Both the position numbers and the translations under genes were made by a program. Positions 50,643-60,014 of a stretch of DNA of 64,000 bases are shown piece after piece. Source of the stretch: an uncultured Chloroflexia bacterium (GTDB taxonomy: Bacteria > Chloroflexota > Limnocylindria > Limnocylindrales > CSP1-4); contig CAWFXA010000003.1 in the NCBI GenBank assembly GCA_963819655.1, positions 416,001-480,000 on the forward strand, read 5' to 3'. The notes beneath the pieces were generated by a model, which ran no database searches, had not been told where the DNA came from, and saw only the letters and a program-made list of their open reading frames with translations. Position 1 is the stretch's first letter. The number at the start of each line of letters is the position of its first letter.

Positions 50643-50656
50643 GAGCGACGGAAGGG

Positions 50657-51514
50657 TTACTTGCCCTTCTTCGACTTCGATCCCTGACCGTCGCCGCCTT
50701 GGCTCTTGGTCTTGTCCTTGGCGGCCTTTCGCTCGGCGCGGGCAGCCGCCTTGTCCTGCTTGTTCGACTCCTTGACCTGGGAGGTCGCTGAGTCAGCCGC
50801 CGCGCCGGCGACCGCCGCCGGCGGCAGCGCACCCGGGTTCTTGCCCTTCGTGGCGAAGTAGCTGACGCAGTCGCCCTGGTTCTTGAAGCTGTTGCCGGCG
50901 TTGTCGATCATCGACTGCCAGCCGCCGTGCTTGCACTCATCCTTCGTGGGCACGTCTTCGGTCACGACGACGTTGTCGATGGCCGGTCCGAAGGCGCCAG
51001 CGGTGGTGCTGACGAAGCTGAGCGTCGTGCTTGCGCTCGTCGCAAGGAACGAGTACGTCTCCGGCCTCCAGTTCATGTTGGTCAGATCGTTCCCGGTGAC
51101 GTCATACGAGTAGAGGCCGACCGCTCCGCCGGTCGCGCTGACCTCGAGCGTCTTCACACTCGGAAGCCCTGCCGGATTGCCCGACAAGTGGAACGAGACG
51201 TTGTACGTGTTGCCGATGGTCGTCGCGAGCGTCTGGCTCAGCGTGCCCGCGTCGACGCCGCTCATATCGATGCTCATCGACCCATCCTGGGCGGGCCAGT
51301 ACGTGCGGATCCAGTCGACGCTATTTCCACCCACGGTCCAGCCCGTGATGCTCGCATTCGGGGCATTCAATTGCTGGAACCCGGATCCGTTGTCGAGGTA
51401 CGTGCCGGTGTCGAAGCTGCCGTTGGTCAGCCCGGTGAAGGCCAGTGTTGGTCCTGCGAACGCGATGGCAGCCAAGAATCCGAACAGCGTGCCAAGGCCA
51501 GATCGTCTCTTCAC
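50657..51514 (-). CDS. Secreted DUF642/choice-of-anchor C-type protein
   Basis: Signal peptide; NGSF, ITGWTV...VDW, W.AQDGS.SIDM, SQT, GP.IDNV; C-terminal CKHGGW...FKNQGDCVS; GGGAGG RBS. Confidence 0.8.
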   Translation of the reverse strand: MKRRSGLGTLFGFLAAIAFAGPTLAFTGLTNGSFDTGTYLDNGSGFQQLNAPNASITGWTVGGNSVDWIRTYWPAQDGSMSIDMSGVDAGTLSQTLATTIGNTYNVSFHLSGNPAGLPSVKTLEVSATGGAVGLYSYDVTGNDLTNMNWRPETYSFLATSASTTLSFVSTTAGAFGPAIDNVVVTEDVPTKDECKHGGWQSMIDNAGNSFKNQGDCVSYFATKGKNPGALPPAAVAGAAADSATSQVKESNKQDKAAARAERKAAKDKTKSQGGDGQGSKSKKGK

Positions 51515-51729
51515 GGGAATCCTCCCTGCCGAATGGCAGTGGTGCAGGACGAACCTCAGGGGCTGGGAATGCCCGTCCTCGTGACCACGGCGGCGAGCCC
51601 CCGGGGTGGTCAACAGTCCAAACCCTAGGCGCGGGAGCAGGCTCGCAACAGCGGCCTAATGGTCCGGCCCGGTCGTGGTCACGACGTCCGGGGAGGCTTC
51701 GTCAGGCTTTTTGGCCCGTCATGTGCCGA

Positions 51730-52755
51730 TCAGGGCCCTTCGAACCCGAGGATCCACGGCCCGGCCATTCGCGCGTTGCCGGCGAGCTCGTCGATCGTGA
51801 TCGACCAGGGCCCGCGTCCGTCGCCGAGCCCGCTGTCGGTGAACAGGGCAACCGTTCCGTCGCCGTTCAAGCTCGACACGACGAACCGCGCGGTCCGTCC
51901 GCCGTGCGAGATGCTCCCGATCGGTGACCACGGATCGTCCTTGGGCGCGCCCTCGATGCGGGCGTCGACGCGGATGATGTTCGACGCCGCGATCACCCGG
52001 GAGACGTGCACGGTGACGCCGTCCTTCTCGGCGCTGATATCGGGCATGATGGTCGTCCCGCCGTCGACATCGAGTTCGAACTCGTAGGTCCACGGCCCTG
52101 CATGCTCGTGCCACGGCCACCAGTCGTCGTCGTTCGCGGGCGGCATCGAGTCATCGCGGACCTGGATCGAAGGGATCACGACCTGGAACGTGCGCGGCCC
52201 CGACGGTAGCGGCAAGACCGGCGGGACCTTCCAGGCGACGTTCACCGCAGCGAACGGCCCGTCCGGGGTCGACGTCGCACCGAGGCCGCCGTACTCACCG
52301 TCCTCGTCGGTGACGATGACCCCCATCGCGCTGAGCTGCGTGATCCCCGGCCTGCGCTCCTCGTCGACGACCGAGATCGCGATGGCGAGGCGCGTCGCGT
52401 CGGCGTAGGCGCGGTCGAGGGTGACCCGGTAGCCGTCGACCGTCTGCGACAGGTCAAGGGCCTCACCTCGGTGCCATGGCAGGTCGAACGGCCCGGCCGC
52501 GAGCATGTATAGGGCCTGGAGGTTGCCGGTCGCACCACCGATCACGAGCGCGGCCGCAAGCAGGCCGATGATCGCCACCTTCCGCCCGGCCTCTCGGCGC
52601 GAGCGTCGGGATGCGCGGGGATCCCACGCCTGCAGTCGGTCATCGATGCGGCGGTCGAGCCGCTCCAGGACCCCCGGCGACGGCGTGGCGTCGAACAAGG
52701 CGAGCAGGTCGACCTCGAGCGGGTCAGTTAGCGGCCGGCGAAGGTCAGCGGTCAT
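51730..52755 (-). CDS. Putative anti-sigma factor (single TM, DUF4179-like extracellular domains)
   Basis: Overlaps the sigma gene 3' end; one TM; QTVDGYRVTLDRAYAD..R, GPW.YEF. Confidence 0.7.
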   Translation of the reverse strand: MTADLRRPLTDPLEVDLLALFDATPSPGVLERLDRRIDDRLQAWDPRASRRSRREAGRKVAIIGLLAAALVIGGATGNLQALYMLAAGPFDLPWHRGEALDLSQTVDGYRVTLDRAYADATRLAIAISVVDEERRPGITQLSAMGVIVTDEDGEYGGLGATSTPDGPFAAVNVAWKVPPVLPLPSGPRTFQVVIPSIQVRDDSMPPANDDDWWPWHEHAGPWTYEFELDVDGGTTIMPDISAEKDGVTVHVSRVIAASNIIRVDARIEGAPKDDPWSPIGSISHGGRTARFVVSSLNGDGTVALFTDSGLGDGRGPWSITIDELAGNARMAGPWILGFEGP

Positions 52756-53320
52756 GGCGATAGTCCTCCCGCAGCGTCGCGAGGGCGCGGCTGATGAGCT
52801 TCTGGGTGGCGTGTTCGGTCTTGCCGAGGGCCGCGCCGATCTCGCGGGCGGTCAACCCCGCCGCGTAACGGAGAGCGAGCGCGTCGCGCTGTAGGTCGGG
52901 CAGCTGATCGACGGCAGCGGCGAGGATCGCGAGTCGCTCTCGCTCGACGATAGCCGCCTCGGGACTCGGGGCGCCGGTCGCATCCGCAAGCTCTGTGTCG
53001 AACGGCACGGCTTGCGCTCGTCGACCGGCATCGATGGCGGCATTGCGGGCGATCCGGAGGAGCCATGCGAGCACGCCGCCGCCAGCCGGTCGATATCGCG
53101 GCATCGCGGCAAACGCGCGCTCGAAGGCGACTGCGGTCAGCTCGGCGGCTTCGTCCTCGGTCCGGGTCCTGGTTCGCAGGTAGCGGAACAGCGCCAGACG
53201 GTGACGCTCGTACAGGACGCCGAATGCGGCGGGATCGGTTCGAGCGGCCAAGGCAAGTTCGTCATCGCGGTCGAGCGATCTCGCATGCTGCTCTGTCGGG
53301 AGCGTGCCGGCGTCTTCCAT
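52745..53320 (-). CDS. ECF RNA polymerase sigma factor
   Basis: AFGVLYERH, WLLRIARN..ID, LP..QRDALALRY..GL..REI, RAL..LR. Confidence 0.92.
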   Translation of the reverse strand: MEDAGTLPTEQHARSLDRDDELALAARTDPAAFGVLYERHRLALFRYLRTRTRTEDEAAELTAVAFERAFAAMPRYRPAGGGVLAWLLRIARNAAIDAGRRAQAVPFDTELADATGAPSPEAAIVERERLAILAAAVDQLPDLQRDALALRYAAGLTAREIGAALGKTEHATQKLISRALATLREDYRHDR

Positions 53321-53544
53321 CGAAACCCCACCAGCGTCGAGTCATCTTGACCCGTCGCATCGATAACGCGCGGGCCGGCAAGACCGGACAAACAGGGTTA
53401 CCTGCGCACGACCTCGACGATCTGCTGGACCTGCGTGACACGGACAAGCTCGTGGGCGCCATCCGGTCGCCGTAGAAGTGGAGAGGTCGTTCGTAGCGGG
53501 CTCACCTCGTACGATGACGGGAAACGCAGAAGGTCTGGAGGATC

Positions 53545-54228
53545 ATGGGCGAGTTCGAAACGGTCGAGATCAGCGACACGACGACGAGGCAGTTCGAGGC
53601 CGGTGACGTCCAGCCCGGTTCGCCCGGCGTCGTGGTGCTCCATCCGTGGTGGGGCCTGAACGACGACGTCGTCGCGTACGCCGACCGGCTGGGCGAAGCC
53701 GGCTTCGCGGCGGTCGCCCCGGACCTGTTCGGCGGCCAGGTCGCGACGACGGTCGAGGACGCGGAGCGGCTTGCCGGAGCGGCCGACGAGGCGGCGATCG
53801 ATGCCATCGTCCTCGCAACGGTCGATGGCCTGGCGGAGCGTCTCGGTCCGACGTCGAAGCTCGCAGCACTCGGATTCTCATTCGGCGCCCACTGGGCGAT
53901 GTGGAGCCCGACCGAGCGGGACGGGGTCGTCGCGACCGTCCTGTATTACGGCACGACCGGCGGACCGGTCCTGACCGCCGCGGCGGTCCCCGTGCTGGGG
54001 CACTTTGCCGAGGATGATCCGTACGAGTCAGAGGAGGGCGTCGCGGCATTCGAGGAGAGCCTCCGGTCTGCGGGGCGCGACGTCGTGCTCCATCGATACC
54101 CGGGAACCGGACATTGGTTCGCTGAGCCGTCGCGCGACGCCTACCGACGCGAGGCCGCGGAGCTCGCGTTCGAGCGGACGGTCGACTTCCTTCGGCAGAA
54201 CCTGGAGTCGTCTCAACGCCCTGGCTGA
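53545..54228 (+). CDS. Dienelactone hydrolase family protein
   Basis: H.WWGLND, APDLF.G, GFSFGA, YYG, YPGTGHWF; GGAGG RBS. Confidence 0.92.
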   Translation: MGEFETVEISDTTTRQFEAGDVQPGSPGVVVLHPWWGLNDDVVAYADRLGEAGFAAVAPDLFGGQVATTVEDAERLAGAADEAAIDAIVLATVDGLAERLGPTSKLAALGFSFGAHWAMWSPTERDGVVATVLYYGTTGGPVLTAAAVPVLGHFAEDDPYESEEGVAAFEESLRSAGRDVVLHRYPGTGHWFAEPSRDAYRREAAELAFERTVDFLRQNLESSQRPG

Positions 54229-54305
54229 GGACACATCCCAAGGACATCTAGCTGCGTATGAGCATTTCGGGCTCGCTTATGCTTGCGAGGCCGACGGAGG
54301 TGGGT

Positions 54306-55016
54306 GTGACGCACGACGCGGTGCTCCGGACAGACCAGGGATTTCGCTTCTGTCCGCGCTGCGGTACCGCTCTCGTTGCGGGTCTGCCGTACTGCCCGAA
54401 ATGCGGCTTCAACGTCGCCGAGATCGGTGGCCCGCGCCAGCCCGAAACGTCCCTACCCGATGCCGGCGTCGATCCGTTCGACTGGAGCAACGAGACGGCA
54501 TCATCCGGGGCCGAGAAACCGGTCACGCCCTCCGTCCCTGCACCGCACCCGGTCGAGCCGGAGCCACCGCGGAGGTCGCGCGCGACGCCGATCGTCATCG
54601 GCGGGTTGGTCGTCGCGGCCGCACTCGTCGCATACGGCCTGTTCTCTCGGCCTCAAACCGGCGCAGGTCCTCCGGTCGGCCCGGGCGGGTCGCCGGTCTC
54701 GGGAGCATCGGTTGCTCCCGGCCTGGGATCGCCTGCTCCGAGCGCGCCGATCGTCGGCATCACCTTCGAGAGCCCCGAGGACGGTCAGGCTGTCGCGACC
54801 GGTGAGGTCACTGTGATCGGGATCGCACCGCCCGGTCTGACGATCACCCGCGACATCAGCTTCGGGCTGGATCAGCACACCACGGTCGACGGCACCGGGC
54901 ACTGGGCGATGGGCGTCCGACTGGAGCAGGGCGAGAACACCCTCGTGTTCCGCATCGGCGATGACCGCTCGACCGAGAGGAAGTTGACCGTCACGTTCGT
55001 GCCGCCGGCGCAGTAG
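54306..55016 (+). CDS. Zinc-ribbon/TM protein with extracellular Ig-like domain
   Basis: CPRC...CPKC, one TM, SPEDG..V....VTV.G, L..GEN.L.F. Confidence 0.75.
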   Translation: MTHDAVLRTDQGFRFCPRCGTALVAGLPYCPKCGFNVAEIGGPRQPETSLPDAGVDPFDWSNETASSGAEKPVTPSVPAPHPVEPEPPRRSRATPIVIGGLVVAAALVAYGLFSRPQTGAGPPVGPGGSPVSGASVAPGLGSPAPSAPIVGITFESPEDGQAVATGEVTVIGIAPPGLTITRDISFGLDQHTTVDGTGHWAMGVRLEQGENTLVFRIGDDRSTERKLTVTFVPPAQ

Positions 55017-55157
55017 CGCGAGAAGCCTGGTACTCAAGTCCGGCCTCCGCATGGCCGGAACAAGTTCCGCTTCGGTCGTTGCGGTCTCAATGGTCCTATT
55101 GACTGGCCATCGGGCGTCCCCGATACCACGAGTCCTAGTGGCTCCGGGGGGAGACCA

Positions 55158-56960
55158 ATGGTTCAACGGACGAAGACGAAGAAGAACACGGGGCGGCCTC
55201 TGTTGCTGCCGCTCGTGTACGTGGCGACCCTCACGCTGATCGGCGTGAGCGGCGGGGCCCTGGCCATGCTCGGGTCTGAGCACGTCCGCACGACCGCCAT
55301 CACGACGACAATGGCCGGCGATCAGGCCGCGATCCGCGATCTTGTCGCCTCGAACCTGACCACGGCCGACCTGGAGCCGGCGACCATCGACCCCGTCCGC
55401 AGAGCCGCACTCGACCGGTCGCTCAACGATGTCGCCGAACGCCACGGATATCGCCGAGTCACCGTCGTCTCCCGCGACGGCTCGACGCTCGCCGGGGATC
55501 AGGCCCCACAGGCGCCGGCCGTGGAGCACGCTCGGGCGGTTGATAGCGGGCAGCCGACAGCCACGATCTCCGGCGCGGCCGCAGGCGTGCCGATCCTGAC
55601 CGAGACCATCCCGGTCGCCGTCGACGGGCGGGTCGAGCTCGTCGTCACGCTCCAGCGGGATGCGACACCCGTGATCGCCGCCGCCGAGAACGCATGGCGG
55701 GATCTCGTCCTCGTCACCGCGGGCGCGACCGTCGTCCTCGCGATCCTCCTCCGCGCGATCTTCAAGGCCGCTGGCGTCCGCCTGCTCCATCAGGCGTCGG
55801 CGTTGACCGAGGCCCGGCGTCGCGACAACCTCACGGGTCTGGTCAACCACCCTACCGCGGTCACTCGACTCGCTGAGATCCTCGCGAGCGCCAAGTCGGA
55901 TGGCGCGGCGGTGGGGATCGCCATGGTCGACATCGATAACTTCCGGCTCCTCAACGAGACGTACGGGTCGCACGCCGGTGACGAGGCACTCCTGCTCGTG
56001 GCACGGGCGCTCGAGTCCGAGTCCGAGCCGTGGCTGGAGCTCGCGCGGTTCGGACCGGACGAGTTCCTGGCGATAGCCCCGGCCGCCGTCGCGCGCGAAC
56101 TGCCGGCCGCCATGAAGCGAGTCCAGGAGGTGCTCGGCTCGGCGAGCCTCCAGTTCGACGACTCCGAACACCTGCCACTGACCGTCAGCGCGGGTGTCAC
56201 CTACTTCCCGTTCCACGCGACCGGGGTCAACGAGCTGCTGTCGGCCGCGACCATCGCCCTCGGCGAGGCCAAGGCGGGCGGCGGCAACCAGACGATCATC
56301 GCGGACGCCTGGATGTCCGAGCCCAAGAGTGCCCAGTCGACCTTCGACGTGCTGCAGGGTCTTGTGGTCACCATCGACCACAAGGATCGCTATACGAAGC
56401 GCCATTCCGAGGACGTCGCCTGCTATGCGCTGTTCCTCGCCGCCCGGCTCGGGATGGAGGAGTCGGAGCGGTCGGTGCTGCGGACGGCGGGTCTGCTCCA
56501 CGACATCGGGAAGATCGGGATCCCCGATGACATCCTGCGGAAGCCCGGCCGTTTGACGCCGTACGAGTACGAGATCGTCAAGCAGCATGTCGCGCTGGGA
56601 GACCTGATCGTCCGCGACCTGCCCGAGATCGAGCTCGTTCGCGCAGGTGTCCGCCACCATCACGAGCGGTGGGACGGCAACGGCTACCTCGACCGCCTGG
56701 CCGCGACGGATATCCCCCTAGTCGCGCGGGTCCTGGCGGTCGGCGACGCGTTCTCGGCAATGACGACGACGCGGCCATATCGCAAGGCGTTGTCGGTCGA
56801 GCAGGCGCTCGACGAGCTTCGCGCGGCGGCGGGCACGCAGCTGGACCCGGAGTTGGTCGCCGCCTTCGTCGAGGGCATGGAGCACGATCCGGACGCGCCG
56901 CTGCCCGGCGCCGATCGGGACGGGACGAACTTGTGGACACCGACGGTCCGCGCGGCGTGA
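55158..56960 (+). CDS. Membrane GGDEF + HD-GYP protein (degenerate motifs)
   Basis: Two TM; D.LTGL.N, DIDNF..LNE.YG...GD, ARFGPDEF; KD.YT..HS, LLHDIGK, HHERWDGNGYL, DAFSAMT..RPY. Confidence 0.92.
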   Translation: MVQRTKTKKNTGRPLLLPLVYVATLTLIGVSGGALAMLGSEHVRTTAITTTMAGDQAAIRDLVASNLTTADLEPATIDPVRRAALDRSLNDVAERHGYRRVTVVSRDGSTLAGDQAPQAPAVEHARAVDSGQPTATISGAAAGVPILTETIPVAVDGRVELVVTLQRDATPVIAAAENAWRDLVLVTAGATVVLAILLRAIFKAAGVRLLHQASALTEARRRDNLTGLVNHPTAVTRLAEILASAKSDGAAVGIAMVDIDNFRLLNETYGSHAGDEALLLVARALESESEPWLELARFGPDEFLAIAPAAVARELPAAMKRVQEVLGSASLQFDDSEHLPLTVSAGVTYFPFHATGVNELLSAATIALGEAKAGGGNQTIIADAWMSEPKSAQSTFDVLQGLVVTIDHKDRYTKRHSEDVACYALFLAARLGMEESERSVLRTAGLLHDIGKIGIPDDILRKPGRLTPYEYEIVKQHVALGDLIVRDLPEIELVRAGVRHHHERWDGNGYLDRLAATDIPLVARVLAVGDAFSAMTTTRPYRKALSVEQALDELRAAAGTQLDPELVAAFVEGMEHDPDAPLPGADRDGTNLWTPTVRAA

Positions 56961-57643
56961 CCCGGCGGCAGGCGCGGCGCCCCCGTCACGGCACGTCAAT
57001 CGCCTTGGCGACGACGCTCCTTGGGTCGCTGCTGGTCCTCGCCCGGCCTGTCGCTGGCGCCGACCCGCTGCCGGTGCCCTTGCCGAGTCTGCCCGTGACC
57101 TTGCCGACCCCGCCGGTCCCGTTGCCGACGCTGCCGCCGTTGCCGCTCCCCACCGTGCGGCCCCCGACGCTGCCGCCGCTCCCGACTTTGCCCCCCTTGC
57201 CCACACTCCCGCCTCCGCCGTCACTACCCGTCCCGACTCCAACCCTCCCGCCGCCTCCGACCCTTCCGGTCCCCACTCCGACGATCTCGATTCCAACGCC
57301 GAGCCTGCCGCTCCCCACCATCGTCCCTCCGTCGGCGTCGACGGGTGCATCTGCAGCGCCCATCGGCGCCGGGCCCGCCAGCTCCGTCACGCCATCGGGG
57401 CTGGGACCAGGCGGCAGCCCAGTCGGTGCGTCGGGGGCAGCGGGGGTGCCGGCCTCGGACGCCCCCAGTCGGGTCGTCTCGACGACACCGGGCGGAGTGA
57501 CCTCACCCTTCGACACGTTCGTGCTACCGGGGCTGCTCGTCGGCGTTCCGGCCATCCTCCTGTTGGGGATCCTGGCCGCCCAGGCAGCCGTCGGTGCGGC
57601 CTGGCTGCCGGTCATCCGGCGCTGGCTCAACCGCCGAGTCTGA
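56957..57643 (+). CDS. Secreted Pro-rich protein with C-terminal TM anchor
   Basis: GTGA overlap; signal peptide; (LPPLPT)n repeats; C-terminal TM followed by RRWLNRRV. Confidence 0.7.
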   Translation: MTRRQARRPRHGTSIALATTLLGSLLVLARPVAGADPLPVPLPSLPVTLPTPPVPLPTLPPLPLPTVRPPTLPPLPTLPPLPTLPPPPSLPVPTPTLPPPPTLPVPTPTISIPTPSLPLPTIVPPSASTGASAAPIGAGPASSVTPSGLGPGGSPVGASGAAGVPASDAPSRVVSTTPGGVTSPFDTFVLPGLLVGVPAILLLGILAAQAAVGAAWLPVIRRWLNRRV

Positions 57644-57685
57644 GCGCCGGGTCGGGAGGCAGATGCCATCCGACCCGGCGTCCTG

Positions 57686-58681
57686 TCAGGGTTCGATCTG
57701 GATGGAGTCCACGATCCCCTGGAGTTGGGCTTGGATTTGTGGCGTCGTGCCGGGGAAGCTGTCGCCCCTCACAACCACCCGGACCCCGTCCACATCAAGG
57801 ACCCAGATGCGCCACAGAGCGTTCGGCCCCTGGGCGTAGACCCCGGGCTCCCACACGAAGTAGTAGTTGCAGAGAGGAGCCGGTGACCCGGTCGAGGGAG
57901 GCCGTCCCAGCTCGTCGGTGGTGGTGTTCGCGGGTGCTCGGAGCTCCAGGTACTGCCCGGAGTATCCGCCAAGGGTGACGTCGACGGGACTGGTCACGTC
58001 GAGGTCAGGGTGATCCACGAGCGCGGTCACGAACTCGTCGACGGTCGTACCGGTCGGGATGTTCGGTCCGGTCGGGGCGTCCGGTCCGGATCCCCCACAG
58101 ACCTGCGAGACGGTGTACAACCAGCCGCCACGACCGAAGAGCAAACCCGCTCCGTCGGGTGGCGAGTAGCGCTCGACGGAGGGAATGATGGAGTATTCGA
58201 GCCCTGCCCAGCCGTCCGGTACGGTGAGCGTGATGCGGATCGAGTCGTCCTCCGCGCCCGCTTCCGTGCAGCCAGCCTGCCCCATGCACAGACCCCCGGG
58301 GCCCACGAATGGCTGGATCGTGTGGCTGCCCGCCGGTAGTGGGCCGATCGGAAACAACGCCGGAGATGGCGCTGGGGATGGCGACGGGATCGAGCTTGGC
58401 GTTGGCGACAGGGTCGGGCTTGCGCCGGGGACGCCGACACCTTCGCTCCTCGGCAGAAGGTTGATCCCCACGATCGCGACGACCACGAGGGCCGCCGCGG
58501 CGATCGCGAGTTTCAGGGCGCTGTTCATCTCTCTCAACCTCCACGCCGGCCACGAGGCACGGCGCTGTGAGGTCGCGGGGAGCTGGTCGAGCACGCTGTC
58601 CAGGACGCGGTCCGGCAGCGCGGTCGCGCCATCCTCCAACCACGACCGAACGATGCGGGTGACGTCGCGATCGGTGCTCAC
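57686..58681 (-). CDS. Putative anti-sigma factor
   Basis: Coupled to the sigma gene; N-terminal RSWL.DG...PDRVLD, one TM, PS linker, extracellular domain. Confidence 0.75.
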   Translation of the reverse strand: MSTDRDVTRIVRSWLEDGATALPDRVLDSVLDQLPATSQRRASWPAWRLREMNSALKLAIAAAALVVVAIVGINLLPRSEGVGVPGASPTLSPTPSSIPSPSPAPSPALFPIGPLPAGSHTIQPFVGPGGLCMGQAGCTEAGAEDDSIRITLTVPDGWAGLEYSIIPSVERYSPPDGAGLLFGRGGWLYTVSQVCGGSGPDAPTGPNIPTGTTVDEFVTALVDHPDLDVTSPVDVTLGGYSGQYLELRAPANTTTDELGRPPSTGSPAPLCNYYFVWEPGVYAQGPNALWRIWVLDVDGVRVVVRGDSFPGTTPQIQAQLQGIVDSIQIEP

Positions 58682-59226
58682 TTGGCAACCTCCCGCGTGC
58701 CGGGCCTGGCGTCTGCCTCGAGGGCAGCACGCAGGCCGCGCATCGCGTGATGCAATCGGGATCGGACCGTCCCGACAGGGACGCCGAGGGTCTCGGCGAC
58801 CTCGTCGAGCGGCAGGTCGAGGTAGTGGTGGAGCACCACCACCGCACGATGGTCGATGGAGAGGCGCCGGAAGCCGCGCTCGAGCTGGTCGCGATCGACG
58901 ACCGAGCTCAGGCCCTCACTCGCTCCGGTCGAATCGGCCGGGATGAGACGGACATTCGAAGCGGACCGGCGCTCCCGGCTTCCCTCGGCGTAGCAGGCGC
59001 GCACGAGGAGCCGGTACGACCAGGCGTCAAAGCGCGCCGGGTCGCGGAGCTGCGGAAGGTCCCGCCAGATGCTCAGCAGCGCCTGCTGCGTCGCATCCTC
59101 GGCGAGGTCGGTGTCGCGCAGGATCCTGTGCGCCACCGCGTGGAGTCGGTCGCCCGCTGCGACGGCGAGGCTCGCGAAGGCCTCCTCGTCACCGCGCTGC
59201 GCCCGTCCGATCAGATCGGCATCCAC
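58678..59226 (-). CDS. ECF RNA polymerase sigma factor
   Basis: AQRGDEEAF, AEDATQ, LRDPARFDAW, RAVVVLHHY, EVAETLGVPVGTVRSRLH. Confidence 0.94.
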   Translation of the reverse strand: MDADLIGRAQRGDEEAFASLAVAAGDRLHAVAHRILRDTDLAEDATQQALLSIWRDLPQLRDPARFDAWSYRLLVRACYAEGSRERRSASNVRLIPADSTGASEGLSSVVDRDQLERGFRRLSIDHRAVVVLHHYLDLPLDEVAETLGVPVGTVRSRLHHAMRGLRAALEADARPGTREVAK

Positions 59227-59354
59227 GTGTCACTTCCGCCGTTTCGGCACCCGACTTCGCCGGGCGTCTCATACGGTATGGGCCGAGTCGAGCGCAGGGC
59301 GACTCACTCTTTGTCGGCCAGCGGAGGCGGGTGGCCGTCCGCGATACTCGCGGC

Positions 59355-59776
59355 ATGAAGTTGTATTTCGCCGGCCCGTTGTTCACCACGCCCGAACGCC
59401 AATGGAATGCGGAGGTCACCGCGGCCTTGCGCGCGGCCGGGCACGAGATCTTCCTGCCCCAGGAACAGGAGCCGGGGAAGGACGGACCGGGCATCTTCGC
59501 CACCGATGTGGGCGGCATCGACTGGGCCGACGGGCTCGTCGCGATCATGGACGGCCCCGACCCCGACTCCGGGACAGCTGGGAAGTGGGCTACGCCTACC
59601 GCAAGAAGCCGATCGTGCTCGTCCGGACCGATTCCCGGGCCATGGAGGGCCACGCCGGCGAATACAACCCGATGCTGACCCAGGCGGCGACCATCCGCCT
59701 CGACCTGCCGGCTGCCTCGACCACCGAGGTGGTGGGGGCCGTGCTGGAGGCGCTGGAGCGGATCCGGGCCGCCTAG
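59355..59776 (+). CDS. Nucleoside 2-deoxyribosyltransferase family protein, frameshifted near 59578
   Basis: LYFAGPLFT, FLPQE, D...I..AD, DSGT then WEVGYA and YNPML in another frame; one base missing in acagctgg. Confidence 0.85.
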
Positions 59777-59825
59777 CGATCCGACGCAGTCGGTGCTCGC
59801 GGCGACGGAGCCGCCAGCGCCCCTC

Positions 59826-60014
59826 CGACCATGAAATACGCGGATGGGAGCGTCCTTAGGTCCGGTCAGGACCGGTTCGACCTCGCTCGGGACGGCCTCG
59901 ACCGGCCATAAGGCCGCCGTCGGTGGGCGATGTGCATGGTCGGGCGCGATCCAGCAGCCGACGCCGACCGGCCGCTCGACATTATGTCGCTGTGGTACGC
60001 GTACTTCATGGTCG
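59826..60014. repeat. 189-bp inverted-repeat element, copy B
   Basis: 16/17 TIR cgaccatgaaatacgcg / cgcgtacttcatggtcg; colinear with 1815-2003. Confidence 0.85.

Noticed and set aside
53390-53475. Possible gene remnant GLPAHDLDDLLDLRDTDKLVGAIRSP
   Set aside because: Protein-like, but it has no start and I cannot assign a family.
55020-55157. c-di-GMP riboswitch upstream of the GGDEF/HD-GYP gene
   Set aside because: Only short hairpins; no class I or II consensus is visible.
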